Shown here piece by piece: positions 25,565 through 33,574 of a DNA stretch of 64,000 nt; position 1 is the stretch's first letter; the number at the start of each line of letters is the position of its first letter. The notes below the pieces were generated by a model. That model was not told the origin of the DNA. It made no database searches and saw only the letters and a list, made by a program, of their open reading frames with translations. The position numbers and the translations under genes were made by a program. This DNA is from Chromatocurvus sp. (GTDB taxonomy: Bacteria > Pseudomonadota > Gammaproteobacteria > Pseudomonadales > Halieaceae): assembly GCA_046260765.1 (NCBI GenBank), contig JBHEOO010000017.1, positions 4,543-68,542 on the forward strand, read 5' to 3'.

Positions 25565-27265
25565 TCAGCGTTGGAACACAATCCGTCCTTCCTTGATGGT
25601 CTGCTCTACTACCAGAGTATCCAGTTCTTCCTCAGGCACGGCCATTGGATTTTCCGACAGCACGACAAAGTCCGCCAGTTTACCCGGCTCGATACTGCCC
25701 TTTTCATGCTCTTCAAAATGTTGCCACGCAGGCCACAGCGTCATGGCTTTCAGGGCCGTGGCGACCGGCACGCGATGCTCTGGCCCCAGGATGTCGCCGC
25801 TGCGCGAGCGGCGCGTGACGGTTGCCGACAGCACGCGCATGGAATCCGGAAGCGCCACCGGAGCGTCGTGGTGGCTGCCGAACATCATGCCCCTCTCCAG
25901 TAGCCAGCCGGTGGGGGAAATATTGTCGGCGCGTGCCGGGCCGAGAACGGACTCCCGGTGCCAGTCGCCCCAATAGAACGTGTGCATGGGGAACAGGGAC
26001 GGAAAAATGCTCAGCTCGTCGAGTGCCTCCACCTGGTCCCGGCGCAGGGTCTGTCCATGGATCAGTACCGGGCGATTGTCGACCTCGGGATATTTTGCCC
26101 TCGCTGCGCGTATCGCATCGATGTACTGGTCGATTGCGGCATCGCCGTTGGCGTGACAGAGAATCTGCCAGCCCTTGGCAAACGCTCTTTCAACAGAGGC
26201 CAGGGCGGTGCTTTCGTCGATGGCGGCATAGCCGCGGTAGCTGTCGGACTGGCCGTGGGGTGGGTGAAAGTAAGGTTCGCTGAGGTAGGCGGTCTTGCCC
26301 TGGGGTGAGCCATCGATAGTCAGCTTGACGCCGCCCACGCGGAAGCCGTTCGTGTAGGTTCGTGACGGCGTGACTTCCTGCACCACGAGCATGTCCGGGT
26401 AGGCAACCAGGTCCACATCCAGGGCGCCGCGTTCAGCGGCCCGACGCATAGCAGCCATGGCTGCGGGCATCGCTCGCCCTTCCTGCACCGTGGTATAGCC
26501 GTAGGCGCTCGCCAGTCGGGTACCTTCGATTACCAGGTGCTCGTGCATGGCGTCGTCGAACTGTGACAGCAGCTGCATGAGCGGGGAGAGAAACGCCATT
26601 TCCTCCAGCACGCCATTCGGCTGGCGGCTATCCTGCTCGCGCCGGATGATGCCGCCGGCGGGATTTTCGCTCGCTGCCGTGATGTCCATCATCGCGAGCG
26701 CCTTGCTGTTGGCAACGCCGAAGTGGCCTGACTGATGAATGATCATAACGGGGTGGTTGGTAGTGACGGCATCCAGTTCCTGTCGTGTCGGGTGGCGCTG
26801 CTCAGCCAGCTGGGAATCGTCGTAGCCAAAGCCGACCACCCAGCCGATGCCCTGCATCACCGCTGAGTCGCCTGCCATCCAGTCCTTAAGCTGCGTCTGC
26901 AGGGTGGCGATATCGGCACCCATACCGTCCGGTGGCGGCAGAAGGTTGGCGGTGCTCGCCTGCAGACCAATGCCGTAGGCGTGGCCGTGGGAGTCCACAA
27001 AACCCGGCAGCAGGGTGCGTCCCTCCAGGTCTATGCCGCGTGCGTCATTCCCCGCACTGGCCAGGACGTCAGCTGTATCGCCCACTGCCAGAATGCGCCC
27101 CTCTCTGACCGCTACCGCCTCCGCCAGGGGTCTGTCATCGTCCATGGTGATGATCGTGCCGTTGTAGTAATAGTGGTCCGTTGCCACTGCGCTGGTTGCA
27201 AGTGCGAGGCTTGCAAGGAAGAGCAAGCTGCGCAGGCGTGTGCGGGTCGTTTTTGCCTGGTTCAT
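25565..27265 (-). CDS. Secreted amidohydrolase (Amidohydro_3-type), paralogue of 5490..7166
   Basis: Signal peptide MNQAKTTRTRLRSLLFLASLALATSAVA, then GFVDSHGH and CHANGD motifs. It has the same architecture as the first amidohydrolase. Confidence 0.8.
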   Translation of the reverse strand: MNQAKTTRTRLRSLLFLASLALATSAVATDHYYYNGTIITMDDDRPLAEAVAVREGRILAVGDTADVLASAGNDARGIDLEGRTLLPGFVDSHGHAYGIGLQASTANLLPPPDGMGADIATLQTQLKDWMAGDSAVMQGIGWVVGFGYDDSQLAEQRHPTRQELDAVTTNHPVMIIHQSGHFGVANSKALAMMDITAASENPAGGIIRREQDSRQPNGVLEEMAFLSPLMQLLSQFDDAMHEHLVIEGTRLASAYGYTTVQEGRAMPAAMAAMRRAAERGALDVDLVAYPDMLVVQEVTPSRTYTNGFRVGGVKLTIDGSPQGKTAYLSEPYFHPPHGQSDSYRGYAAIDESTALASVERAFAKGWQILCHANGDAAIDQYIDAIRAARAKYPEVDNRPVLIHGQTLRRDQVEALDELSIFPSLFPMHTFYWGDWHRESVLGPARADNISPTGWLLERGMMFGSHHDAPVALPDSMRVLSATVTRRSRSGDILGPEHRVPVATALKAMTLWPAWQHFEEHEKGSIEPGKLADFVVLSENPMAVPEEELDTLVVEQTIKEGRIVFQR

Positions 27266-27485
27266 GAAGGATGCCTCGGGGGTGACTGTGGATGATAATG
27301 CCAGACCGATAAGTTATGTCACGCATCGAGGGCGGGGCGTGAGGCCACGAATGTGTTAAACCGCAATAGTTGTATAGAGCAATATTCAACTAAAATGGTT
27401 TAAAATAATTAAATATAACTATTTCGGTTGAATAAGCTGACCTCTAACTGATAGGGTTCTTCCGTTGCGAACAACAACGGCTGCA

Positions 27486-28142
27486 ATGAGCGTGCAATAT
27501 CTCGTCCTGATCGGTGATCTACGTGACTCCCGGAGAGTGAAAGATCGAGCAGGTCTCCAATGCCTGTTCGAGTCGTCGCTCGCGTCCCTGAACGAACGTT
27601 TCCAGAGTGCCCTCGCATCCCCACTCACCATTACTCTTGGCGATGAGTTCCAGGCGGTGTTTTCCGATCCGCTCCCGGTGTGGGAGATACTCTCCGCCCT
27701 GCAGGCGCGCCTGTTTCCTATAACGGCCCGCTTTGGTCTTGGGCTTGGAGAGATCGCAACCCCCATCAATTCTCAGGCAGCGCTCGGCATGGATGGTCCT
27801 GCCTTTTACCATGCACGGGACGCTATTGTTCTGTTGAAGAAACAGGGTGGCAATTATCGCATTGAGGGCATTGATGACGTCGATCTGATCAATCACGCTT
27901 TGTCCCTGGTTTCTGAACTGCAGGAAAGCTGGCACGGCAACCGTTTCGCCACGTATCACAGCTTTCTTGCGGGCGTTCCGGTTCAGCAGATCGCGCAGGC
28001 ACTGAAAATCAGCAAGACTGCCGTCTACAAGAATCTGCACGACGGGCATCTGCATTCGATTTCCGGTATCCAAAGATCAATCGCGACGAAGATTGCAGCT
28101 ACGATGGAAGCGACGGAGACTGATAGTGACGAAAGGTCGTGA
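27486..28142 (+). CDS. SatD family protein (cyclase-like N-terminal domain + C-terminal HTH)
   Basis: YLVLIGDLRDSRRV...SPLTITLGDEFQAVF...RFGLGLGEI...GMDGPAFYHARDAI matches the SatD pattern as I remember it. The C-terminal QIAQALKISKTAVYKNL is HTH-like. I prefer ATG at 27486 over the TTG at 27465. Confidence 0.75.
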   Translation: MSVQYLVLIGDLRDSRRVKDRAGLQCLFESSLASLNERFQSALASPLTITLGDEFQAVFSDPLPVWEILSALQARLFPITARFGLGLGEIATPINSQAALGMDGPAFYHARDAIVLLKKQGGNYRIEGIDDVDLINHALSLVSELQESWHGNRFATYHSFLAGVPVQQIAQALKISKTAVYKNLHDGHLHSISGIQRSIATKIAATMEATETDSDERS

Positions 28143-28860
28143 CGTCCAGCTGCAGCCCGATTGGCTGCGGCTGCTGGGCGATGAATTCGAGCAGGACTAC
28201 ATGCGTAACCTCGCGGAGTTCCTGCGCCAGCGACGAGGGGAGGGCGCAGTGCTTTATCCGCCGCCTGCGGAGATATTCAACGCGCTCTGGTACACCCCGC
28301 CCGAGAATGTCGCGGTGGTGATTCTGGGTCAGGATCCCTATCACAACCCGGGACAGGCGCACGGCCTGTGTTTTTCAGTTCGTCCGGGTGTCGCCGTGCC
28401 GCCGTCGCTGCGCAATATCTTTCAGGAGCAGCGCGATGACCTCGGTATAGACATGCCTGCACATGGCTCGCTGATCGCCTGGGCGCGTCGCGGCGTGCTG
28501 CTGCTGAACAGCGTGCTCACGGTCGAGCAGGGCCAGCCAGCCGCGCACCAGGGGCGCGGCTGGGAGCGCTTCACCGATCGCGTGATTGAGGTGGTCAATG
28601 CGCGGGATCGTCCGGTCGTGTTCATGCTCTGGGGCAGCTACGCCCAGAAAAAAGGCGCGTCGATCGATGTATCACGCCACTGCGTTCTGCGCGCACCCCA
28701 TCCATCGCCGCTGAGCGCGCACCGCGGTTTCTTCGGCTGCGGGCACTTCAGTGCCGCCAATGCCTTTCTGCGCGAACTCGATCTTGGCGACCTGGACTGG
28801 ACGCTTCCTCCGCTGGTCGAGGCGCGTCAGCTGGCCTCGCTGGATCCGCGCACGCTGTAG
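28126..28860 (+). CDS. ung: Uracil-DNA glycosylase
   Basis: Shows VVILGQDPYHNPGQAHGLCFSV and HPSPLSA motifs. The start is either GTG at 28126 (fits the E. coli Ung N-terminal length) or ATG at 28093. Either start overlaps satD. Confidence 0.9.
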   Translation: MTKGRDVQLQPDWLRLLGDEFEQDYMRNLAEFLRQRRGEGAVLYPPPAEIFNALWYTPPENVAVVILGQDPYHNPGQAHGLCFSVRPGVAVPPSLRNIFQEQRDDLGIDMPAHGSLIAWARRGVLLLNSVLTVEQGQPAAHQGRGWERFTDRVIEVVNARDRPVVFMLWGSYAQKKGASIDVSRHCVLRAPHPSPLSAHRGFFGCGHFSAANAFLRELDLGDLDWTLPPLVEARQLASLDPRTL

Positions 28861-29780
28861 GGCAGGGGCACTGGCTGCAGGTGTGGGCCGTCGTGCCCTG
28901 CGTCCTTGAGAGTCAGGGTCAGCTCGCTGTCCGCCACCGTGACCAGTGCAACAACCAGCGACTCATCGCCCGCTGCCCGGATGACGCGCAGCACGCTGCC
29001 GACCGGGCGGCCGTCACCTTGCTGGGCAAGTGTGGTGCCGGATTCCATCTTTGCGGCTTCTGTGCTGGTGTAAATGCCACAGCGTCGTTTGCTCCTGCCT
29101 TTGTAATGCAGCCGCGCGACGACCTCCTGCCCGATGTAACAGCCCTTGCGAAAGTTCAGCAGGCCAGCCAGGTCGTAATTCAGAACCTGCGGTACGTGCT
29201 TGCCGCTGAGTTCGGCGGTGGTTCGCACCAGACCTCTGCGCAATTCGTTCTGCTGCCAGCGTGCCTCATTGCATTCACCGGCCTGCGACGACAGCGCCGC
29301 CAGGACATCGGGTAGAGCGGCGCGCGTCACGAAAAGTTCAAAAGCCTGGCCGGCTTCATCCGCCTGGCAGGCCACCATCGCCGCGCTTGTCACACACATG
29401 TCCCTTCCCTCGGGTATGCTGCCAACGACGTTGCGCAGAGCTGTCGTCGCGTCCTGGCCCCATAGACCCAGTAGAGTCCATTCGTCATCCCGTTCACTGA
29501 TCTGCGTGCGCGAGAAAATGGCGTATTTTTTCAGGGTCTCGTGCGTGACGTCGCGTACATCACTGCGCAATCGCAATGCGTAGTGCTTATCGCCCAGCTG
29601 CAGCACCCGGCAATCCGTCACGACGCGGCCCTGGGCGCTGCACAGCGCGCCGTGAGCGCTGTGCGAGGCGTCAAGCTGCAGGCAGTCGCAGGTGAGCTGG
29701 CCCTGCAGGAACGTCGGCACCTGTGCGCCGCTGAAATGTAACAGGCTGTCTGAAGAGAGTTGCGCGTAAAAAGCGGGCAT
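28827..29780 (-). CDS. ygfZ: tRNA-modifying folate-binding protein YgfZ
   Basis: Internal ATG at 29780 gives MPAFYAQLSSDSLLHFSG... The KGCYIGQEVVARLHYKG signature is present, and the divergent sdhE neighbour matches E. coli. Confidence 0.85.
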   Translation of the reverse strand: MPAFYAQLSSDSLLHFSGAQVPTFLQGQLTCDCLQLDASHSAHGALCSAQGRVVTDCRVLQLGDKHYALRLRSDVRDVTHETLKKYAIFSRTQISERDDEWTLLGLWGQDATTALRNVVGSIPEGRDMCVTSAAMVACQADEAGQAFELFVTRAALPDVLAALSSQAGECNEARWQQNELRRGLVRTTAELSGKHVPQVLNYDLAGLLNFRKGCYIGQEVVARLHYKGRSKRRCGIYTSTEAAKMESGTTLAQQGDGRPVGSVLRVIRAAGDESLVVALVTVADSELTLTLKDAGHDGPHLQPVPLPYSVRGSSEAS

Positions 29781-29790
29781 GAATAGCAGT

Positions 29791-29830
29791 CCTGTTGTTC
29801 CTGGTTGTTCCTGGTTGTTCCCGGTTATTG
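29791..29830. repeat. Four imperfect 10-bp tandem repeats (minus-strand reading GAACAACCAG), in the ygfZ leader and the ygfZ-sdhE divergent region
   Basis: Plus strand reads cctgttgttc ctggttgttc ctggttgttc ccggttattg. Confidence 0.9.
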
Positions 29831-29907
29831 CTGAGTCCACGGCAGACGCCGCCGATTTGCGGCTATAATGCCTGCTTTTGATCTGGCACCGGGAATACTT
29901 TACGGCG

Positions 29908-30174
29908 ATGATACGTGAAAATGAACACCGTCGGATGAAATGGGCAAGCCGCCGCGGCATGCTCGAGCTGGATCTGATTCTCGCGCCCTTCGTCGATCAG
30001 GTTTTTCCCGCTTTGTCGGAGGAGGACCAGCTTTGCTACCGGCACCTGATGGAATGTGAGGATCAGCAGCTGTTTGGCTGGTTCCTCGGACGCGATATCC
30101 CGGAGGATCCGGACCTTGCCCGTATCGTCGACAGAATCCTCGCCTGCAACGCTGCTGGCTATTCCGCTGGCTGA
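29908..30174 (+). CDS. sdhE: FAD assembly factor SdhE (YgfY/CptB)
   Basis: MIRENEHRRMKWASRRGMLELDLILAPF... aligns with E. coli SdhE (...[20 protein letters not shown]...). Length is 88 aa from ATG at 29908. Confidence 0.85.
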   Translation: MIRENEHRRMKWASRRGMLELDLILAPFVDQVFPALSEEDQLCYRHLMECEDQQLFGWFLGRDIPEDPDLARIVDRILACNAAGYSAG

Positions 30175-30181
30175 TACCTCT

Positions 30182-30667
30182 TTGGCGCAATGGCTTCACA
30201 AAGCCATAGTGTGTGCGCTCATTTTGCAGGGTGTCCTGCTATCGCTTGCGGCGCCGCTTGCAGCATCTGCCAGTTTTGCCGCTTGTGTCCTTGCGGTGTG
30301 GAGTCTGCGGCAAACGTCGCTGGCGACGGGACAGCTTACTCTCACCAATGAGGGCTGGTGTCTCGTGGATAATGCGGGCGTGTGCTGGCGTGCGCCGGTG
30401 CACGCCGTTTCCATGGTTTTCTGTGCCTGTTCGATTCCGCTCCGCCGGGGGTACCGCTGCCGCTGGGTACTCGTGACCCGCGGCGTCTGTGGTACGGGCC
30501 CCTGGCGGTCGCTACGCCGAGCGGTGACTCTTTATGCGCGGCCCGTTCGGTTCAAGGATCGTATCCGTGCCCGTCTGCAGGGTGTCCGGGTAGTCCAGGG
30601 TGAAGTGCAGCCCACGGCTCTCTCGACGTTCCAGCGCGCTGCGAATCATCAGCTCCGACACCATTGA
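30182..30667 (+). CDS. YgfX/CptA-like inner membrane protein (DUF1434-like)
   Basis: Lies immediately after sdhE, as in E. coli. Two hydrophobic helices are followed by ...[20 protein letters not shown]...RWVLVTRG...WRSLRRAV, resembling YgfX (...RQGEIRLLMDGRLRW...LWLAADS...WRDLRRIL). There is no in-frame ATG, so the start is TTG 30182 or GTG 30209. The 3' 156 nt run antisense into nadB. Confidence 0.5.
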   Translation: MAQWLHKAIVCALILQGVLLSLAAPLAASASFAACVLAVWSLRQTSLATGQLTLTNEGWCLVDNAGVCWRAPVHAVSMVFCACSIPLRRGYRCRWVLVTRGVCGTGPWRSLRRAVTLYARPVRFKDRIRARLQGVRVVQGEVQPTALSTFQRAANHQLRHH

Positions 30668-32125
30668 CAGGTTGCGCAGTTCGAGCAGATCGTTGCTGAC
30701 CTTGTAATTCGAGTAATACTCCGCAATCTCGGACTGCAGCAGTTCTGCTCTATGCAGCGCTCGCTGTAGTCGCTTGGTACTGCGTACAATCCCGACGTAG
30801 TCCCACATGAAGCGGCGCAGCTCATCCCAGTTATGCGAAATCACCACGTCTTCATCGGAATCGGTGACCTGGCTCTCGTCCCAGCCTCGAATGTCCGGGG
30901 CACCGGCTTTGAGCAGATCGGCGCTGGCAATATCCTCTGCCGCCGCGCGCGCGAACACGATGCACTCCAGGAGTGAGTTGCTGGCCATGCGGTTGGCGCC
31001 ATGCAGCCCGGTAAACGAGCATTCCCCCACCGCGTACAGTCCCGGGATGTCAGTTCGCGCCCGGGTGTCCACGACGATACCGCCGCAGGTGTAATGCGCG
31101 GCTGGCACCACGGGAATGGGTTCGTGCGCAATATCAATGCCGAATTCGGCACAGCGGGACATGATGGTTGGAAAGTGCCCGCGCAGAAAGTCCTCACTCT
31201 GATGGGAAATGTCGAGATATACGCACTCGATGCCCAGACGTTTCATCTCATGGTCGATGGCGCGCGCCACGATATCCCGCGACGCCAGCTCCGCGCGCTC
31301 GTCAAAGCGCTGCATGAAACGCTCGCCGTCCGGTAGTCGAAGCACGGCACCCTCGCCGCGCAGCGCCTCGGAGATCAGAAACGACTTGGCCCTCGGATGA
31401 AAGAGACAGGTGGGGTGGAACTGGTTGAATTCCATGTTGCCTACGCGGCAACCCGCCCGCCAGGCCATTGCGATGCCGTCGCCACTGGCGCCGTCTGGAT
31501 TGCTGGTATAGAGATAGGCCTTGCTTGCGCCGCCGGTCGCCAGAATCACTGCTGGCGCCTGGAACAGGTCGACATGGTCGCTGCGCTGGTTGAGTGCATA
31601 AACGCCGTGGCAGTGGCCGTTGCGCACAACCAGATCCACAGCAACGCGATGGGTAAATACGTCGACGTTGTCTGCGGCCTGAACCTCACTACCCAATACA
31701 TCGCCGATGGCGCGGCCGGTCTGGTCAGTGGAGTGAATGATGCGGCGGTGACTGTGGCCACCTTCCTGTACCAGGTGGAACTCCTGCGCCGCGTCGGCCG
31801 CCTGGTCGTCGCGGCGGTCAAAATTGACGCCCAGGTCTACGAGCCATTCCACGCACTCGCGGCTGTGTCTGACCGTGAACTCCACCACGTCGCGGTTACA
31901 CAGGCCGGCGCCCGCTCTCAGTGTATCCTCCACATGAGAATCGATTGTGTCCCGATCATGGAGCACGGCGGCCATGCCGCCCTGCGCCCAGTACGTGGCC
32001 CCCTGCGCGATGTCTGCCTTTGAAATCAGGGCGACGCGCAGATGACTCGGCAGACGCAGCGCGGCGCTGAGGCCGGCGGCTCCGCTACCAATAATGACGA
32101 CGTCGTGGCGCCAGTGTTTTCCCAT
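30512..32125 (-). CDS. nadB: L-aspartate oxidase
   Basis: From ATG at 32125: [23 protein letters not shown]... ending ...[14 protein letters not shown]... Length is 537 aa, and it is divergent from rpoE as in many gammaproteobacteria. Confidence 0.92.
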   Translation of the reverse strand: MGKHWRHDVVIIGSGAAGLSAALRLPSHLRVALISKADIAQGATYWAQGGMAAVLHDRDTIDSHVEDTLRAGAGLCNRDVVEFTVRHSRECVEWLVDLGVNFDRRDDQAADAAQEFHLVQEGGHSHRRIIHSTDQTGRAIGDVLGSEVQAADNVDVFTHRVAVDLVVRNGHCHGVYALNQRSDHVDLFQAPAVILATGGASKAYLYTSNPDGASGDGIAMAWRAGCRVGNMEFNQFHPTCLFHPRAKSFLISEALRGEGAVLRLPDGERFMQRFDERAELASRDIVARAIDHEMKRLGIECVYLDISHQSEDFLRGHFPTIMSRCAEFGIDIAHEPIPVVPAAHYTCGGIVVDTRARTDIPGLYAVGECSFTGLHGANRMASNSLLECIVFARAAAEDIASADLLKAGAPDIRGWDESQVTDSDEDVVISHNWDELRRFMWDYVGIVRSTKRLQRALHRAELLQSEIAEYYSNYKVSNDLLELRNLSMVSELMIRSALERRESRGLHFTLDYPDTLQTGTDTILEPNGPRIKSHRSA

Positions 32126-32235
32126 GAAATGTCCGTCAGCCCGATGTGAGTGTGTGCAAAATACGCAGCGGCGTGAGAAGCTCTGTCGCAGTATAGTCGA
32201 CCCGGCGATGGTGACGAACAAATTCAATGAATGAT

Positions 32236-32262
32236 GAACTTGCGGGCGTTGCCAGGGTCTAC
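32236..32262 (+). promoter_or_regulatory. Candidate sigma-E (AlgU/RpoE)-dependent autoregulated promoter
   Basis: GAACTT (32236-32241), a 16-nt spacer, then TCTAC (32258-32262), about 63 nt upstream of the rpoE start. This matches the GAACTT-N16/17-TCnnA consensus. Confidence 0.55.
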
Positions 32263-32324
32263 AGGCACGGCCGACGCTGCGGGGGACAAAGCCCGCTGGC
32301 ACAGATCAAGGAGGATGGCGTCGC

Positions 32325-32906
32325 GTGACGGCCACGGCCACGGATAAACAGCTGGTTGCCAGGGTGCAGAAGGGAGACAACCGCGCTTTCGATCTGCTTG
32401 TGCTCAAGTATCAGCACAGGATACTGGGGTTGATCAGCCGCTATATTCAGGATCCGGATGAAATGCAGGATGTTGCACAGGAAGCATTCATCAAGGCGTA
32501 TCGTGCCTTGCCCGGCTTTCGTGGTGACAGCGCGTTTTATACCTGGCTCTATCGAATTGCGATCAACACCGCCAAGAATCACATTGTGGCGCGTTCCCGC
32601 CGCCCCCCTGGCAGCGATGTCGAGGTGGAAGATGCGGAGTACTACGATGGAGGCGCTGCGCTTCGCGATCTGGAAAACCCGGAAAATGCCTTGTTCGGTG
32701 AGGAACTGAAAGCTGTGGTCGAAGCAGCGATTGCAGATTTGCCTGATGATTTGCGTACTGCGGTAACTTTGCGTGAATTTGATGGTCTTAGTTACGAGGA
32801 TATCGCGGATGTCATGGATTGCCCTGTCGGCACCGTGCGTTCACGTATTTTCCGGGCACGCGAGGCGATTGATGCCAAAGTCACCGCTCAGATTGATGGC
32901 AGTTAG
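32325..32906 (+). CDS. rpoE: RNA polymerase sigma factor RpoE/AlgU (sigma-24)
   Basis: DKQLVARVQKGDNRAFDLLVLKYQHRI...FRGDSAFYTWLYRIAINTAKN...LREFDGLSYEDIADVMDCPVGTVRSRIFRAREAI. GTG start at 32325 follows a GGAGG. Confidence 0.95.
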   Translation: MTATATDKQLVARVQKGDNRAFDLLVLKYQHRILGLISRYIQDPDEMQDVAQEAFIKAYRALPGFRGDSAFYTWLYRIAINTAKNHIVARSRRPPGSDVEVEDAEYYDGGAALRDLENPENALFGEELKAVVEAAIADLPDDLRTAVTLREFDGLSYEDIADVMDCPVGTVRSRIFRAREAIDAKVTAQIDGS

Positions 32907-32946
32907 CAGAGGCGTTGCAGCAGGCAACGGCAACCCGAGGTAAAGA

Positions 32947-33567
32947 ATGACCAATAGCACGCAAACGGAAGGGAATATGAACGAGTCCATGCGCGAGTCC
33001 TTGTCTGCACTGATGGATGGAGAGGCGAGTGAGATTGAAGTGCACCGCATTCTCGCCCGCACTGATGACGCTGAGCTTCGTGCCGCATGGTCCGACATGC
33101 ACCGCAACCGCCATATCATGCATGGGTCCGCCGTGATAAGCAGCATCGATATATCCCGCGCAGTCGCTGAGTCTGTTGCGAACATGGGCAGGGCGCCCAT
33201 GGCCGACAGGGTCTCCGGCGGTGGAGTGCGCCGTTCGCTGGTAAGTTTTGCGGTGGCGGCTTCGGTTACGGCCGCGGTGGTGTTCAGCGGGCAGCAGTTT
33301 CTGACATCGCCCGACGCCGTGACGCCAACAGGTGCCGGGTCACCCGGTCTGGTAAGTTCCAGCGGTGCGGTCCCTGTCCGCGCGAGTTTTGGTTCGCGCA
33401 CTGAGCAGCCGTCCATGGTGCTGCAAGCCCCAGTGGGTACGAGCTATCAGGAGCTCGCACGTCAGCGGCTACGTAAATACAGTCAGGCCCACGCCGAGCA
33501 GGCAGCCCTGAACACGCCGCAGGGTCTCGTGCCGTTTGCCCGCGTTCAGGATATTCAGTCACAGTAA
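32947..33567 (+). CDS. rseA: Anti-sigma-E factor RseA/MucA
   Basis: N-terminal ...SLSALMDGEASEIEV... signature, positioned right after rpoE. The start could instead be the internal ATG at 32977. Confidence 0.85.
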   Translation: MTNSTQTEGNMNESMRESLSALMDGEASEIEVHRILARTDDAELRAAWSDMHRNRHIMHGSAVISSIDISRAVAESVANMGRAPMADRVSGGGVRRSLVSFAVAASVTAAVVFSGQQFLTSPDAVTPTGAGSPGLVSSSGAVPVRASFGSRTEQPSMVLQAPVGTSYQELARQRLRKYSQAHAEQAALNTPQGLVPFARVQDIQSQ

Positions 33568-33574
33568 CATCCAT

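Noticed and set aside
30190-30351. 53-aa cysteine-rich ORF ([36 protein letters not shown]...) starting at the only ATG after sdhE
   Set aside because: It overlaps the YgfX-like frame, which has homology-like features. The Cys richness is what a GC-rich TGC/GCN off-frame produces. There is no SD and I expect no conservation.
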